From: Octopus vulgaris
Taxonomy: Eukaryota
NCBI GenBank assembly: GCA_951406725.2
Contig: OX597817.1
Location: forward strand, 158,162,001-158,226,000
DNA: 64,000 nucleotides
Reading direction: 5' to 3'
Made by a program: the position numbers and the translations under genes. Below the pieces are notes generated by a model. That model did no database searches and had not been told where the DNA came from. It saw nothing but the letters and a program-made list of their open reading frames with translations. Every line of letters begins with the position of its first letter. Position 1 is the stretch's first letter. Positions 33,369 to 45,434 of the stretch are shown here, piece by piece.

Positions 33369-36300
33369 CGAGGGTGATCTGAGAAGTTCACAAGCTAACT
33401 ACAAAGAAGTGGTGCAAGAGCTATAGAATATTGCATGCATTAATTTCAACACATTTTATTAACAGCTGCATTGCTTCTTTCCAAGTAAAATGATATCTGA
33501 CTGTTCAAAGAACACTTCCAAAGTAACTGGCAGCAACATTCCTTGAAAATGGACAAAATTTGGCATCGTGTTGTTATCCTGCACCTGTGGTAAAACGGTG
33601 TAGCCACCGATATTCATGTTGATATTGTTGCTGCATTAGGGTATGACACTCCAGCTTTATCAACAGTACAAAAGTGGGCAGCTGAGTTTAGGAGAGGAGG
33701 GGAGAGTCTGGAGGTTGACCCAAAGCCTGGACGTCCTGCAACTGTCACCATTAATGAAAATATTGATCGTGTTTAACTCAGTGATGGATGACATGTGATT
33801 GATAGCCAATGCTACTAGAATATCTTGTAAGAGAGCTGAGAATGTTCTGAACAATGAGCTTGGTAAGTTTCTGCTCGGTAGATGTCACATCTATTGACAC
33901 CTAATCAAAAGCACACCTGGCTGATCATATCACAGGAAAATCTGACATTATTTAAAGCAGATCCAGCTAGTTTCTTTGAACGTTTCTTAAGCCAGGATGA
34001 GTGTTGTCAGCATCACTTTGAACCAGAGACAAAGAGACAATCCATTCAGTGGAAACACTTCTCCTTACCTGCTCCCAAACAGCCAAGGTTGTTTTATCTA
34101 CAGAGAAGGTGATGGCCTGTTTTTGGGGGATGCAAAATTATTTTCAAAAGGGCCACACCATCAATGGTGGGTACCATGCCAAATTGCTGAGGTAGTTACG
34201 AAAGGCTATGAAGACCAAATGCGCAGAAAACTGACAAAAGAGGTTTGGTTTCATGAGGACAATGTCGTAGCACACAAGTCCTTGGTTTCAATGGTTGCTG
34301 TGTGTAACTGTGGCTTTAAATTGATTGATCACCCTCCCTATTCTCTTGATTTGGCCCCATATTCCCCAACATAAAAAAGCACTTGGCTGGGAACTAGTAT
34401 CACACTAATGTCATATAGGCTGCTGATGACTTTTTTGCCCAACATGGTAAGTTAAGTTAGTTAAGTTAATTTTTTGGCTCAAAAAGCAAAAAGCAAGGCC
34501 ATGTAGGGGGACATGGAGTTATGTACAGGGAGGGTGTTCATGCAAAGAGTTCAGGCCATTTCTGGTCAAGAGAGACTTTGAACCGAGCGGTCGTCGGCAT
34601 CTTCACTATATCGTCCGGCAGCTTATTCCACGGATCCGCAACCCGGACAGAGAAAGCCCCTCTCCTTTGATTGAGATGAAAGCGTCGCAGATGGAGCTTT
34701 TTGGAGTGACCCTGCAGCCGACACTTTGGAGCAGAAGTGAAGAACAGCTCTTTCGAGAGGTTACACTTTCCGCTTATGATGTTGTGAGCAAGAATGAGAT
34801 CACCACGGCGTCGTCGTTTTTCTAGAGAATAAAGGTCGAGTGTCTTCAGCCTTCATAAGACAAATGCTTGAGACCAAGAACCATGCGGGTAGCCAGCTTC
34901 TGGACTCTTTCGAGATGATGTATGTTTTTGAAGAGATAAGAAGAGGCTTGAATCCCATACTCCAATATGGGTCTCACCAACGTGACATAGAGCGGTAGGA
35001 ATATGGCTGCTGTGAGCATTCCGAATGACCGTCGAATCAAAAATAGAACTCCGCGTGCTTTGTTGGCAGCATGGATACACTAGGCCGAAGGCAAAAAGGA
35101 AGAATCCACCAAGATACCCAGGTCCTTTACCTGGTTGGTCCTCTCCAGCAGCAGACGACCCAGCTCGAAATCAAGTTGAGTTGCAGGAGAGCCAACAGGC
35201 GGATGACAGCACTTTGACACGTTCAGACACAGGTCCCATTCGTTAGACCATCTCTAAACTTGGTGGAGGCATCGACGAAGATCATCTATATCACCACGAG
35301 GAACGACCAGTTTGACATCATCGGCAAATAGAAGGGTATGTTGCGTGAGGTCGTTAGGCAAGTAATTTATGAAGACTAAAAACAATAGGGGCCCAAGCAC
35401 TGAACCTTGAGGCACACCACTGCTCGCACTGGAGACGTTGGACAGCGAACCATTAACTTGGAAGGAGCGATCTGAGAGGAAGGCACCAACCCATCATACA
35501 ATATCCGGATGGAAACTATATGCTTGAAGCTTGACAAGTAATAGGTGGTGGTTAACCGAGTCAAAAGCTTTAGCAAAGTCCAATAAAACAATGTCAACAG
35601 CATCACCATCATCCAGGATACGCGTCACCAATTCTTCCATTACCAGTAAGTTGGTCAAGCTTGATCTCTTCGGCACGAAGCTGTGTTGGGAATCAGAGAT
35701 AGAGGCTGTGTTTTGGAGGTGGAGCATCATACTTTTCTTAAGGATGGTTTCGAACATCCTGCTGATTATTGAAGTAAGGGAAACCGGTCGGTAGTTAAGC
35801 GGGTCTTCGCGGCTCCCTTTCTTGAAAATTGGGTAGATTATCGCTGTTCTCCAGTCCACAGTTATAACACCCATCGCCAATGACATATTGAATAGAAGTG
35901 TTCAAGGTTCGCAGATGACCAGAGCCAACGCTTTGATAACCTGTGGGTGTATGCCGTGACCCTTGTTGACATCGAGGCCTTGAATAATGCGTTTGACTTC
36001 GTCCCGAGTGATGCCCAATCTAGGCATTGGAGGTACCGATCTATCAAATGGAGGGGGTTCACGACCATCATCTTGTTTGAAAATAGTTGAAAAAGCCTTG
36101 GCAAATAACTGACTCTGCTGATAAGGGTCCTCAATCGATACGCTTGTTGAGTCTACCAACGTTGCAATTTGGTTGTTCAAGCGGGAATTCCGTTGGACAT
36201 GGGCAAAGAAGGTTTTTGGATTGCGACTGGCGTTTGCCACGATTCTGTATTCATATCTGAAGCGTTCTTCTTTTTCAATTTTCACGGCTCGGTCTCGTTG

Positions 36301-36672
36301 AGTTTTGTACACCTCAAAAGCTGCAGTCGAATCTAGATTTTTGAATTCAGCCCAAGCAATATCTCTGAGTCGAAGTTCTCGTTTAACCTTCTTCGTCACC
36401 CAGGGCTTGTGTTTCTTCTTCTTGGGAAGCCCAACGGGAACTGCTTGGTCAGTCAACCAGATTACATATGCTTTGAGGGACGACCATAGTTCGTCAACTG
36501 AGGACATCGTCATCAGGGATCGCCAGTCCAGAAGTGATGAAAGCTTCTTCACTAATGGGATCCAATGGAAATGTGTGGGCCACAGAGGGGACAATGTTGA
36601 AAAATAAACCTCATTTCGTCACATTCTATAATAGTATCTGGGTCAACTTATGAACATTTCAGCTGATCCTCG
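33369..36672 (+). mobile_element. decayed mariner transposon interrupted by a CR1 LINE
   Basis: TA|CGAGGGTGATCTGAGAAGTTC ... GAACATTTCAGCTGATCCTCG|TA; transposase relics QDE..HHFEPETKRQSIQWK, FHEDN, HPPYSLDLAP, and DESFFTNGIQ..GDNVEK* after the LINE. Confidence 0.85.
34448..36535 (-). mobile_element. 5'-truncated CR1-clade LINE, ORF2 RT region, frameshifted
   Basis: PIFKKGSREDPLNYRPVSLTS, LDFAKAFDSVNH, LFADD, LYVTLVRPILEYG, LERVQKLATRMV, WNKLP motifs; (TTAAC/TAAC)n tail at ~34448-34470. Confidence 0.92.
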
Positions 36673-36899
36673 TATTGAAGTGATAAAAAGATAGATACAT
36701 GTTTGGGATATTACAGTCACCAAGTGGATGGCATTTATTTTCAAATAGTTAATTGGACAAACTACTAAATTAAAAAAAATTTTTTTTTTATTTCTTTTCC
36801 AAAATATTGTTACCGAGTTCTTAACACACCAACAGATAAAGCTGTCACTATCTGTTTTTCTTGCTAGTCTCCTCCATTTTATCCTTTTAGGTTTAGGCT

Positions 36900-37460
36900 G
36901 AGTCAAGGTTTGGTGTGTGATGTAGAAGTGATGGCAAGTAAATCTTGAATGTACAGAAGGAAGAAACCGGACTCTAGAGCATGCTCAAGTTGATAGAATG
37001 TGGGTCAGAGAGAACTACATCAGTCCATTGCAGTAATATGATCAGACAGGAAACCATTGATTCAAGAGTTGAGATGGATGGAACCTGTGAAAGGGCAACT
37101 GACAGGAATTTCACTGCCAGACACAGTGGAAAGACAAAAACAGCATTATTCACCAAATTTCTTGAGAGTGAGAGTCACTGGTGACACAAGAGAGGTCTAC
37201 AGTAGACCTGGTTTTATAAAAGCCATATTGGTGGTCTTTAAAAAGGAAGAGAGAGGGGTTTAAGATATTGGAGGCTGTTAATAGCTGTCTCCCTCACATT
37301 TTACATATGAAGAGTGTGGCAGGAGAGTAATTGGCTGGCTCAAGTTGTTCTTCTCTGAGGGAATGGAATACACTGATCGGGTTATATCCCTGTGGAGACA
37401 GATGAAAATGAACGACTGAAGAGCAAGCTTTAGGATGGTATATTTGAGCATAATGAAGAA
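36900..37460 (-). mobile_element. highly degraded LINE reverse-transcriptase fragment
   Basis: DHQYGFYKTRSTVDL motif (QYGFR..RST of CR1/L2-group RT). Confidence 0.5.
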
Positions 37461-37715
37461 TACATTTCCAATCTGGTGGCCTTGTTGCTTTGATGAAACT
37501 GGTAGTACTTTCACATTCAGCGTGTACATGGTGGGATGGAAAGGAATAGTTTTGGCAGCAATTCGTCTACAAACAAGTGTTGGCATTTGGCCACCAGAAC
37601 TTCATTCTGCCGAGCCAATCCATACATATATTAGTTTACTGTTGCAATACCATATAATTGCCTGATGCTCCTATGGCATAAGTTAATAATTTCAACACAG
37701 TTCTTAACACTTTAA

Positions 37716-37920
37716 ACCTTTCGTTACCAACTCGGCTTAAACCGGTTCTGGCTCTGAGTACAAATGTCTTGTTTTCGTAAGTTTTGGATTAAAATCTTCC
37801 ACCAAACCTAAGCCACAATTTATGAATGATAACTAAGTTATTTTACTAAATTCTTTGTTATATTTAAAATTAACTGAAAGAAACACAGAAAATCTCAAAA
37901 TAAATACAGTAATGAAAGGG
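37716..37920 (+). mobile_element. piggyBac MITE (CCTTTCGTTAC TIR family)
   Basis: TTAA|(A)CCTTTCGTTAC ... GTAATGAAAGGG|TTAA. Confidence 0.7.
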
Positions 37921-40900
37921 TTAAACACATCTCTGAGTTTAGCCATTAAGCCTCACCAGCATCTTGTTCAGTTGCTTTTTCTAATTACATATTTTACTTC
38001 ATTATTATTGATAAGCTTTGATAATGAAACAGGAATATATGTTATAAATTTGCAAAATCTAGTTATTAGCCTTCATTTCTAAAACATAAATCATGTATAA
38101 TAACGATCAAGTTCATTAAAATATCAGTTTTAAAAAATTTATACTATGTACCAATGGTGATACACGATAGAGGAATAAAAAGAAAAAGGTCTGCTGCATC
38201 AGTGGCAACTCTGGACTAAACAAAACACAAATATACTTCACATCAAAAGATTATCTACTAAATAATACTAAGTAAGTTGACGGCATAGCTTCGAAGCTTC
38301 ATTTCCTGGTAAAACTAAGTATTTTAAACATTTTCTCATTATGCTCTAAGACATAAAGATTGTTCAGGCAGAGCTGCCTCCTTTAGCTAAAGTCCTCAAA
38401 ATTGTGGGACCCAACCTAGTTTTTGAGGTTATTTTTGTAGAAAAAAAAAAAAGAGTTGTGCAAAAATACACTATTTGGCAGCCGAAAGATTACTGAATCT
38501 TTTGATACCTCACACGTCAAAATTGGCAACTCAGTTTCCGAATCCATAAGGAACGTACACACAAACTCTGTTTTATATATATATATATACATCAGCAGTT
38601 CTCAACCATTTTTTGGCTATGGATCTCTTAGATTCCTATTTTGCTCTACTGGACCTCCATAGACATTCGATGCATATAAAAAAAATATCCTACTGCATTA
38701 TTCCTAATTGTATAAGAATAGTAAAATATTTTGTGTATTGTAGGTGTATAAGCAATTTATTGCTCATAAATTTTTAACAAAATTTTACATGGATCCTGGT
38801 TGAGTAAGTTGAATCATCATCATCGTTTAATGTCCGCTTTCCATGCTAGCATTTTGTTGGACGATTTGACTGAGGACTGGCAAACCAGATGGCTGCAATC
38901 TTGATCTGGCAGAGTTTCTACAGCTGGATGCCCTTCCTAACGCCAACCACTCTGAGTGTAGTGGGTACTTTTACGTGCCACCAGCACAAGTGCCAGTTGG
39001 GCGGTACTGGCAACAGCCACGCTCAAATGGTGTTTTCTATGTGCCACCTGCACAGGAGCCAGTCCAGCAGCACTGGCAACGACCTCGCTCGAATGTTTTT
39101 TCACATGCCAGTAAGGCGACGCTGATCGTATTATAAACTGCTGTGGTGTATTGCGTGACTTCTTGGTAGAGGAAATGATCATTAATATTTCAAGTCCACT
39201 TAAGCAGTGAGCTGGCAGCACCATTAGCACACCAAGCAAAAAGCTGTGGCATTTTGTCCTTTTTCTACATTCTAAGTTCAAATTCCATCAAGGTCAACTT
39301 TGCCCATGACTTTTTTGTTGATAAAATAAGTACCAGTTGAGCACTGGGGTTGATTGTAATCAACTTAGACCCTCCTGAAATTGCTGGCCTTGTGCCAAAA
39401 TTTGAAATCAATATTTCGAGTTAACCTTTCCATGATTGCATGTTGTACTTTGATAGGTCTCCTCTAGCACATCATGCTACTTGTAGTCCTTTCTCCATCT
39501 CAGTGAAGTTCAGCCTCTGGGGATTAGCTTTCACCACTTCTCATGTAGTCTACATGATTCTTCCATTTGCACTATTATCTAAGTCTCTCTCCTCCATGTC
39601 AGTTTTCTAGTCATTTGCATGCTACACGTGATTCTTTTTTATAGTCAGCCTTTTTCTCAGTATGCATTCTGTTGTTTACTCTTTTACTTGTTTCAGTCAT
39701 TTGACTGTGGCCATGCTGGAACACTGCCTTTAGTCGAGCAAATCGACCCCAGGACTTATTCTTTGTAAGCCTTGTACTTATTCTATCGGTCTCTTTTGCC
39801 GAACCGCTAAGTTACGGGGACGTAAATACACCAGCATCGGTTGTCAAGTGATGTTGGGGAGGACAAACACAGACGTATATGTATATGCATATATATATAC
39901 ATACATACACATATAGATAGGCTTCTTTCATTTTCTGTCTACCAAATCCACTTACAAGGCTTTGGTCGTCCCAAGGCTATAGTAGAAAACACTTGCCCAA
40001 GGTGCCACACAGTGAGACTAAACCTAGAACCATGTGGTTGGCAAGCAAGCTACTTACCACAAAGCCACTCCTACGCCTGTTTATGTACACTAATATTAAA
40101 CATCCCACAAAGAATGTCTACTTCATTCCTTTCTAGCTTTTGTAAACAATCCAGAATCAGTGGACATATTTCACTTACTATCCAACACCATACTTCACAC
40201 ACAGGTTATCATGCACTTCACTCTTCATTTGAGTAGCTCCATGGACTTCCAATTCATTTTTACTCTTACTAGGATTTTGTAACAAGTCACCTAAGTAATG
40301 GAAGTTATCAGCTACTACTCGAGAGCTCTCCACATATTTGAATGAATTAATTTTATGGCTGCTCTTACAGATACCTTCCAGTCAGCCTCTGATCACTGTA
40401 TGAACTTGTGCTCCCATAATTTATATTTGGTATTTTAGTACTGAGCACAATCACCTTTATAGCAGTAGTTCTGCCTTTTTGTGTGTGTGTGTGTGTGTGT
40501 TATAACTTTTTGGATGACAAAGCATGTAATCCTTTGGATCACAAATTCACAAATAGGGAACATGCATCACTGGTGATATTGCAAGATAGCATAAAACTGG
40601 TGACAAACTAAAGGACCTTAACTCAAAACACTTTGTGAATTGATATTTTGATTCTAAAATATCCCACTTCATTTTCTTCTTAAATTTTATTGATACCAAC
40701 CAGCCTCAGACTCAAAACTTTTTTTTCTTCTTTTTATTAAATAGTTCATATTTCAAACCATTCCATCATAGGTTTATGTACCTTTAAATTTCAAGCCCTA
40801 GTTTAACATAAACTTTATACCAAATTCTTCATTGAATTGAAAATCACAGGCTGTGAAAGGGTTAAATTTTGGCAAATGGTTTGAATGTGAGTTAATGAAG

Positions 40901-42399
40901 TAACATTTTACGGATGAATGCTCTCTTCCTGTTGCCAACGGATACTTGCTTTTAAAATAAAATTTCCCTTTTATTTCACTGGTCTTCATATATGCTGAAA
41001 CCACCAATCTATGGGATGTAATAATTATAGATGTTAACACCATTTTAACTCACCCAGTGAAGATATGCAGAAACACATACAAATATAAGTATGAATGTTT
41101 AAACAGGCTTTAGTGTTTAAACCGGCCATATCTGGCCCAGATATTCTACATGTTTTACATTCAAACGGGCGATATCTAGCCTCTCACACCTAACCTACAT
41201 TGATATTCTAAAAACAAACAATCACATCATTGAAACCTCAAAGCTATAAGATAATGTATGATTAATTCAAAACAATTTGAGTGAAAAATTATTACATTTA
41301 ACAGAGTAATCTGAACACTAAAGGGTTAAACAGGCTTTTGTACAGTTTCTGCAAATCAAATTTCACTCAAGTCATTTGGTCATCCTGAGGCTATAGCTGA
41401 AGACATTTGCTGAGGGTGCTACACAGAAGGACGAAACCCCTAACAACATGGTTGCAAAGCAATTTCCAAAATCATACAATCATGCCCACATCTTACAATG
41501 CCTATCTTTATCTGTCTTTTTATTTGTTTCAGCCATTAGACTGTGGCTATGCTGTGGCACTGTGAGCAAATCGACATCAGCACTTATATTTTTGTAAACC
41601 TAGTACTTATTCTACTGGTCTTTTTTGCTGAACCGCTAAGTTATGAGGACACAAATTCACCAACACCAGTTGTAGGTTGGTGGTGGAGGATAGATACACA
41701 CACACACACACACACAGAGGCCTCTTTCAGTTTTCATCTAGCAAATTCACTCACAAGGCTCTGGTAGGCCCAAAGCTATAGTACAGGACACTTGCCCAAA
41801 GTGCCATGCAGTGAAACTGCACCCGGAACCATGTAGCCAGGAAATTTCAATCTACTAAATTTACTCTGTTGCAGTTCAATCTGAAAAACTGACAATATGA
41901 TTTCAGTAATTAAACTGAATGATGAAGTATAAACTCTTTGCTACAAATGTTTAACAATTTTACTTGCAAGAGAAATCCTTTTGCTTTGCTCAACATTAAC
42001 ACACTTGTAGGCAAAGGCATGGCTGTATGGTAAGAAATTTACTTCTGAACTACATGGTTCTGGTTTCAGTCCCATTGTGTGGCATCTTGGGCAAAGCCCC
42101 AGGACAGCCAAAGCTGTGTGAATGGACTTGGTAGAGAGAAACTGAAAGAAACCTATCATGTCTTTGTGTGCACATGTGAACCCACCCCGTCTATTCCTTG
42201 ATATTGTGTGGTAGCTGTGAATGAGTGTTGCTGCAAGAACAAAGCTGGGTATGGCGGAAATATTACACTGCTTGGAAACAGTCAAGGGTTGGCAACAGGA
42301 AGGGCATCCAGCCATAGAAAATCTACCTCAGTAAATTTTGTCTGAACCATGCAAGCATGGAAGAGCAGACATTAAAATGATGTATCATTAACTAGTTAA

Positions 42400-44269
42400 A
42401 AATTATCAATTAAACACAAGCAACAACAAAATACTGCTGTTTGTAGAAATCTAATTTTTTTTAATGAAATCTTGAAAATGAATACAATCTAAAAACCCTT
42501 GTATCAAATAAAAATAACATTGATTTCCTGTACAGCTTGATAAACAAGACATTCTTGAAATTTAAAAATAGTTTGGCAATGGAATTTAAAAGCAAAACAA
42601 AATTAAAACTATATCTTACAATTAAAATTCAGTGACAAAATACTAAGGTATTTTTTTGTCTTTTTTATTTAAAAAAAAAAAATGAATGAGAGTCACTGCT
42701 TAAATTTCATCTAACTTCAATTCCCAAAATGAAATGCAATAAATCACCTCCTATTGCTCGCACTGACTTAAAAAAAAAAAAGCAGCAAAGTTAAACATTA
42801 CAAAATTGAGAGGAAGATAAAAATTGAAATAAGGAATACTACAGGCAAATTTGAAATTAAAACGGAGACACTACTATGTGAAAACAAAGCGTATGCATAA
42901 GTAATTGTGTCATGCTTTGTAAAATTCTGAAAATTTCATTGTTAGGGCTTTTAAAAGGAAGGAGAAGAGGTGAAATACTCATTCTCAAGCTTTGATAAAA
43001 GCAACAAATTTAGTGATGAACCAAGGACAACAGCAGGTCACACCTTTTCTCTTTTTTTGTTTCAATAAAAATATTTTGGTTGATGAATCCAAAGATGGAG
43101 TAAATTTAGAATAATCTGAAAAGATTATAAGGATCATTCAGCTCTCAAACGTACACACATACACCAAGGAGATGGCTATTTCTAGTATAATTGTGATAGG
43201 CTAGAAAAGATGTGATGATAATAAAAAAAAAAAGTTAGATTGTAGCTTATTCTATGAAAGAGGAATGTCAAAGCAAAGTGAAGAGATATTACTAAAGCAA
43301 TGGACCACAGATAAGAAGGCAATGAGATTCAGTAAACGATCCTCTACAATCTGAATCAATGATCCTAGACATTATTAGCTGGGAGATGCGTAATTGAGAA
43401 AATATTTCAGCTTTATAAAAAATATTTTAATACATGTTAAATTTATCACTTTCAATTTAGTGTTTAAATTGGTCAAAAATAGAGAGAAAGACTAAGAGAA
43501 TATAGAAAAAAAAAATCCCTCGTTAACAATGTCCTTGATTTCTGAGTAAATGTTCTTGTGATAGAAAGCCCATTTCTCTATCAACTAACTAATAAGAAAT
43601 GTTAATAATTGGCAATAACAGTAATAATGAAAATAATGCATAACACAGAAGAGACAAAATTTTACCAATTCACTAAGAATTAATTTATTATATAAATCAA
43701 TCAAAATGGACAGGTTATCTATAAAAACAAATCAAGAGAGAAAATAAAATACTAGATTTTCTAATGGGAAGGTTTGATGGCAGTGCATTAGTTTTCACAT
43801 TTCATGTTACTATTTGTTCTAAGCAGATGAATAATAACATGCCAGTGATAAACATACTAATTACCTCAGATATCTGTTGCATCCTAAGTTATGCAGCATA
43901 AACTCTGATTAACAAACAGTGTATCTGATGATGATGAGGATGATGCTATACCACAGCTGTGCCAGCAGAATTTATCTGATTAGTTTACCTATAAACGTTT
44001 TTTTTTTTATTTTAAATTTAGCTAAAAGGATGAAAATAGTGCATATTTTGAATAAAAGATTCTTATATATGAACTGGAATTGAAAACAGTCAAATTGCAT
44101 GCATACACACAGTCACTTGCACACAGCCACATTTAAAAAAAAAGGCTTTAGTCCATTCTTGGACCCGACTTAGGTGATGTAAGACTATTAGGTGATATAG
44201 ATGAAGATGAGAAGTCTTTTGATGCCAACATACTGCTCCTAGCATTATTCAGATGTATTTAAAGGGATC
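42400..44269 (-). other. probable terminal 3' UTR exon of the AT-hook gene (3' end approximate)
   Basis: ttgttttcag acceptor at 44271-44270 followed by ~1.9 kb of repeat-free sequence. Confidence 0.5.
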
Positions 44270-44722
44270 CTGAAAACAAAAACATATACATTTTACTTTA
44301 TGAATTCTCAGTACAATGGAAGGAGACAACATATTCATAAACAAATTGTTATTATTTAACTCACAATATCATCCATTTCTTAACATTTTAGCAACTCATT
44401 TAGGATTTCTTCTATCATGCAGAATCACCATGAGGAAAAATTCTCATGTTCTCTTGTTGATTACCTTTTGAAATCATTATATGAAAATAAATCTTCAGTA
44501 ATCTGATCTAATTAATAACTGAAGTTGTATATCAAATGTTCATGGAAGGAAGATTTTGATCCTCTATGAAAAAAAGAGTTTGAATTTTCTGCAAATTAAA
44601 AGGTCACATAAGCCAAAGCTGATATTGAAGCATGAAGTGGCCCTTGGACCTCTCAGATCATGTCAAATTATCTGGCCTTTGCTAGCATGGAAGCTGGAGG
44701 TTAAAAGATGATTGCTCCTTAA

Positions 44723-44939
44723 CCCTTTAGCATTTAAACCAGCCATATCCGGCCCAAATATTCTGTTTTGACATTGAAACTGGATATATCCAGGCTCTCC
44801 CACCTACCCTACAATGTCATTCTAAAAATAAACAATCACCTCTTTGAAAACTCAAAGCTATGAGATAATGCATGATTAGTACAAAACAATGTGAATAAAT
44901 AAGCATTGTGTCTAACAGAGTAATCTGAATGCTAAATGG
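44723..44939 (+). mobile_element. piggyBac MITE; further copies ~41108-41325 (+), ~49198-49580 (+, SINE-interrupted), ~6623-7255 (-, SINE-interrupted)
   Basis: TTAA TSD, CCCTTTAG TIR, CCAGCCATATCCGGCCC subterminal motif. Confidence 0.8.
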
Positions 44940-45252
44940 TTAAATTGCCATCAATAAGTCTTTGTAGAAAGGATTTAAACCAGTAAATCTTAATTTTGAG
45001 ATTAACCAAGAATTGATGGTTACTGCTGATAGAACTCTATACAGGATGTGCCTGAAGACTACACCTACAAGCTTCCTATAAATAGTGGGTGGAGAAAATG
45101 GATGGATTGATGGAAATATTTTGCCAAATATTGTTTACACACTTGAAAACAGAAAATCCAGTTTTAAGTCCACCATGAGTCACACTTGATTTCTATTTAT
45201 TTATTGCATTCAAAATTCATTTCAGAGTCACTCTTATAAAACCTGAAACATG

Positions 45253-45285
<33 letters not shown>

Positions 45286-45386
45286 TGTGAGAGAAATACC
45301 GGAGAATTGATCAAACATGTCACTTTGAAATAACCAAAAAGTTCAATGTATGATAGAGTTTTAATAAAATTACTGAAATGTCTTAC

Positions 45387-45434
45387 TTATTCTTTCCTGG
45401 GCCTTCCTGGTCTCCTCTTTCCACGCCCAGTTAC
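45387..45434 (-). CDS. AT-hook exon 6 (RRPGRPRK) ending in TAA
   Basis: tctcag / TAA|gtaaga, 48 nt. Confidence 0.85.
   Translation of the reverse strand, partial: VTGRGKRRPGRPRKE

Noticed and set aside
44148-44255. Ser/Pro-rich frame (HLNNARSSMLASKDFSSSSISPNSLTSPKSGPRMD*) in the terminal exon
   Set aside because: Out of frame with the acceptor and preceded by a stop; treated as UTR.
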